Shown in pieces: positions 16,060 through 18,591 of a stretch of DNA of 18,591 nucleotides (position 1 is the stretch's first letter; each line of letters begins with the position of its first letter). The DNA lies in assembly GCA_964610875.1 (NCBI GenBank), contig CAZSWP010000020.1, positions 1 to 18,591 on the forward strand. Direction: 5' to 3'. Origin of the DNA: an uncultured archaeon (GTDB lineage: Archaea; Asgardarchaeota; Thorarchaeia; Thorarchaeales; Thorarchaeaceae). The notes under the pieces are model-generated. The model had not been told where the DNA came from, did no database searches, and was given only the letters and a program-made list of their open reading frames with translations. The translations under genes were made by a program, and so were the position numbers.

Positions 16060-18591
16060 TCATAGTGGAAGATACTCAAGAACAACTGTGATACCAAACA
16101 CCACCAGACATCCTACTAAAGTTACGAGAACCGCTAGTCTTGCCCATACTAATCTAGGATTGTCACTTTCACGTTCTTTGAAAAACTGACTCACAAAGAG
16201 GAGAAAGGCAGCACTCGCTAGTAAGAGACCTTGATAGAACTCACCAAATACAAATGAATATGCAAAGCCTGTGAGTGAGAAGAATAGAGGTGCGAGAAAT
16301 AGATATTTCATTCTTCTTGCTGTGACGGGTAAAGTCACCCATGAGAGAATGAAGAATGATAGGTACAGACTTGACAGAATTGAAAACCCTGTTGATATGG
16401 AAGCAACCAATGTTAGAATACCTGAGGTAAGAGCTAAAACAACCCATAGCGGTTCATTAAGTTTCGTGGACAATAGACCAAGATATGTAGAAGCAATGTA
16501 AGCACCTAGCAAAACCATTAGGGAAAGCAACACTGAGAGATGCATTTGAATTGGTGAGCTAGAACCCATGAGTAGAAACTCCATAAGAAAAACAGATCCT
16601 GCAAGAGGAATCATTCCCCAAAACATAGATTGCCAATTCTTTGTTAACTGGAGTTCTCTTACTAGAATCATTCCCGCAATTCCGATGCATGCGATAGATA
16701 TTGTTAGGGCTGTGAAAGCTTGATTCATGTCTAACAGTTTGACCATTCCGGTAACTCCTAATCCGGACAAAACGGTCAACATTGCTATAGAACCAAAACG
16801 TGACATTACTTGTCTTCTCGCTATAGAGAGAGTTAACAAGAGAGCACCAAGTATGAGTAGTGGGAAACTAATGCTAGGAATGATATAAAGAACACCAGTT
16901 GGATTCATCCCTATCAGATTACTGAAGAACGGAAATGTCAGGTATCCGAGAGTAGCAGTGAATCCAAATGAGAAGATTCCCCACATAATGTAGCCGAAGC
17001 GATCAAATACATACTTCAATTTTGCAATAAACCATCGAATGCCCGATAGAATATAGTTCCCAAGATTAGAGAGCACTCTCATAAACGCTCTTAGTTGTTG
17101 TTTTAGGAATGGTGTTTCTATGAGGAATGAAATAAACGCAGCGTAAAGAATCGCTGATAATAGAAAGACTTGCTGATAAATTGTAAAGCCAAGAATAGAT
17201 GTTGGAAATACGATGATTCCGAGTAACTTATGAGACTGCTGGGCAAGTGAACCGAGTCCAACGATGTGACTCATAATCACCGTAACTACTAGTGATAATG
17301 AAATTGAAGATGTGACAATCCAAAGAAGTACATCAAGATATGGCAACACTTCTGGCAACATTGAGCTTATTACAAGCAGAAAAGCTCCTCTAGATAATAA
17401 CATAACTGCAGGTTTCTTGAGAGACTCGGTTATCCTAGAGTCGAGTACCAGTATTTCTATCAGATACAGTATTCCTGATATAATCGTAGCAATGAACAGG
17501 GCTTGGATACAATGGCCAATGGATAACCCGAGAAGTATACTTGGCTCCCCGAGAAGTGCATATACGCCTAAGATGACTCCCACTACTCCTGGTAAAACAA
17601 GAGCTGTTCCTTCTTTGTGTTGGATGAGATAAGAATATGTCCGTTCTAATGCAACCACAGTTGGCAAGTATAGAATTGGTAGTGAAACAATATACCAGAT
17701 AGCCGCAGTAAGTCCAATGCTTAATGGGACATTTCCTAAACCAGCTGTTCCAGCCCAAATGATAATACCCAATGAAGAAGCGATTCCAAGATTAGAAGCT
17801 ATTACATAACCTCTTGGTCGTAGCGGGTGAGTTGCTCCATAGATATAGAATGAGGCTGTAATTCCAAAACATGTCAAACCAAGATGCATCATAGGGTCAA
17901 CCAGATACATTACTGAGATAGCATATGCAAGTAGACCCCATCCAGGAATTGCAGGAATCCACATCAAGTGTGCGATTCTCTCATTATCAGGAAGGAGAAA
18001 CATACTTTCTGCTTTCTTGGTAATAGGTGTCGAAAACAATGAATAGAGAGATAAACCACAGCCAAGTGTCAGAATACCGTTAGTCGGCAGTGAGAAAGAG
18101 AGAATGGACCATCCAGTGATGAGAGCTGCTGATGCCACTGCCAGAAGTATTGCTAACAAGTCCCAAATGTGCTCATAATCGAGCCATTCAACTATACCCT
18201 TGATAGGCAGATAGAGTGAAGTAGCCATGATGATAGCATTGCCAAATAATACCAATTCGAAAGATGCAGCAAACAAAAGAGTTGCGTGCCAAGTCCAGAC
18301 AATCCCTACCAGTAGATATGTAATTCCATAAACGCGTAATTTATGATCATGACTCTTGAATCCAGACTCGGGACTCCATGAAGAACCAATCACTATTGTA
18401 GCGCATAATGTTGATGCAGTAAGAACTAGAGATTCTGGAGACCTATATACAGCAAACCAAATGAAACCAATGAGGATTGTAGAGATACCAATCAAGACTT
18501 TCCAATGAAAATCTTTGTGAGGACCAAGTTGTGACCTAAAGACTAACAGACATAGATATGGAATGGTAGACAGATACACAGAGAATAATAA
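16060..18591 (-). CDS. 3' part of a very large polytopic membrane protein of unknown function (5' end outside the window)
   Basis: The frame stays open to the window edge (18580-18591 read L-L-F-S, no stop). At least 843 codons consist almost entirely of closely spaced hydrophobic helices (more than 20 by eye), with no recognised catalytic motif. Confidence 0.8.
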   Translation of the reverse strand, partial: LLFSVYLSTIPYLCLLVFRSQLGPHKDFHWKVLIGISTILIGFIWFAVYRSPESLVLTASTLCATIVIGSSWSPESGFKSHDHKLRVYGITYLLVGIVWTWHATLLFAASFELVLFGNAIIMATSLYLPIKGIVEWLDYEHIWDLLAILLAVASAALITGWSILSFSLPTNGILTLGCGLSLYSLFSTPITKKAESMFLLPDNERIAHLMWIPAIPGWGLLAYAISVMYLVDPMMHLGLTCFGITASFYIYGATHPLRPRGYVIASNLGIASSLGIIIWAGTAGLGNVPLSIGLTAAIWYIVSLPILYLPTVVALERTYSYLIQHKEGTALVLPGVVGVILGVYALLGEPSILLGLSIGHCIQALFIATIISGILYLIEILVLDSRITESLKKPAVMLLSRGAFLLVISSMLPEVLPYLDVLLWIVTSSISLSLVVTVIMSHIVGLGSLAQQSHKLLGIIVFPTSILGFTIYQQVFLLSAILYAAFISFLIETPFLKQQLRAFMRVLSNLGNYILSGIRWFIAKLKYVFDRFGYIMWGIFSFGFTATLGYLTFPFFSNLIGMNPTGVLYIIPSISFPLLILGALLLTLSIARRQVMSRFGSIAMLTVLSGLGVTGMVKLLDMNQAFTALTISIACIGIAGMILVRELQLTKNWQSMFWGMIPLAGSVFLMEFLLMGSSSPIQMHLSVLLSLMVLLGAYIASTYLGLLSTKLNEPLWVVLALTSGILTLVASISTGFSILSSLYLSFFILSWVTLPVTARRMKYLFLAPLFFSLTGFAYSFVFGEFYQGLLLASAAFLLFVSQFFKERESDNPRLVWARLAVLVTLVGCLVVFGITVVLEYLPL

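Noticed and set aside
581-17758. The many short ORFs in the track that overlap long genes (e.g. 3834-4217, 4290-4751, 9410-9685, 13072-13416, 17312-17632, 17435-17758)
   Set aside because: They are antisense or alternate-frame shadows of well-supported genes and carry no recognisable motifs.

Overview
Ordinary-looking archaeal chromosomal DNA. Inference: Asgard-like, possibly Thorarchaeia, from GGAGGT/GGTGA Shine-Dalgarno (SD) sites, TATA-like promoters, a single-OB-fold SSB, ppdK, a group 3b hydrogenase and large orphan membrane proteins; this cannot be confirmed here. In order, the window holds: the 5' end of a PLP-dependent enzyme gene not in the ORF track; a Gfo/Idh/MocA oxidoreductase and an alkaline-phosphatase-superfamily phosphodiesterase, divergent from a GPH-family MFS transporter; ppdK with a hairpin terminator; three uncharacterised minus-strand membrane-protein genes; a complete four-gene group 3b [NiFe] hydrogenase operon (beta-gamma-delta-alpha); an OB-fold SSB; and the 3' part of a very large polytopic membrane protein. 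I saw no RNA genes, CRISPR arrays or mobile elements. The best candidate for an undescribed system is the 7868-11114 trio: a membrane protein with an ectodomain, Zn ribbon, HTH-like segment and acidic tail; a kinase-less 7TM protein with a TPR-like tail; and an unannotated 35-aa single-TM microprotein with its own TATA-like box and palindrome. Together they may form a transmembrane signalling module.
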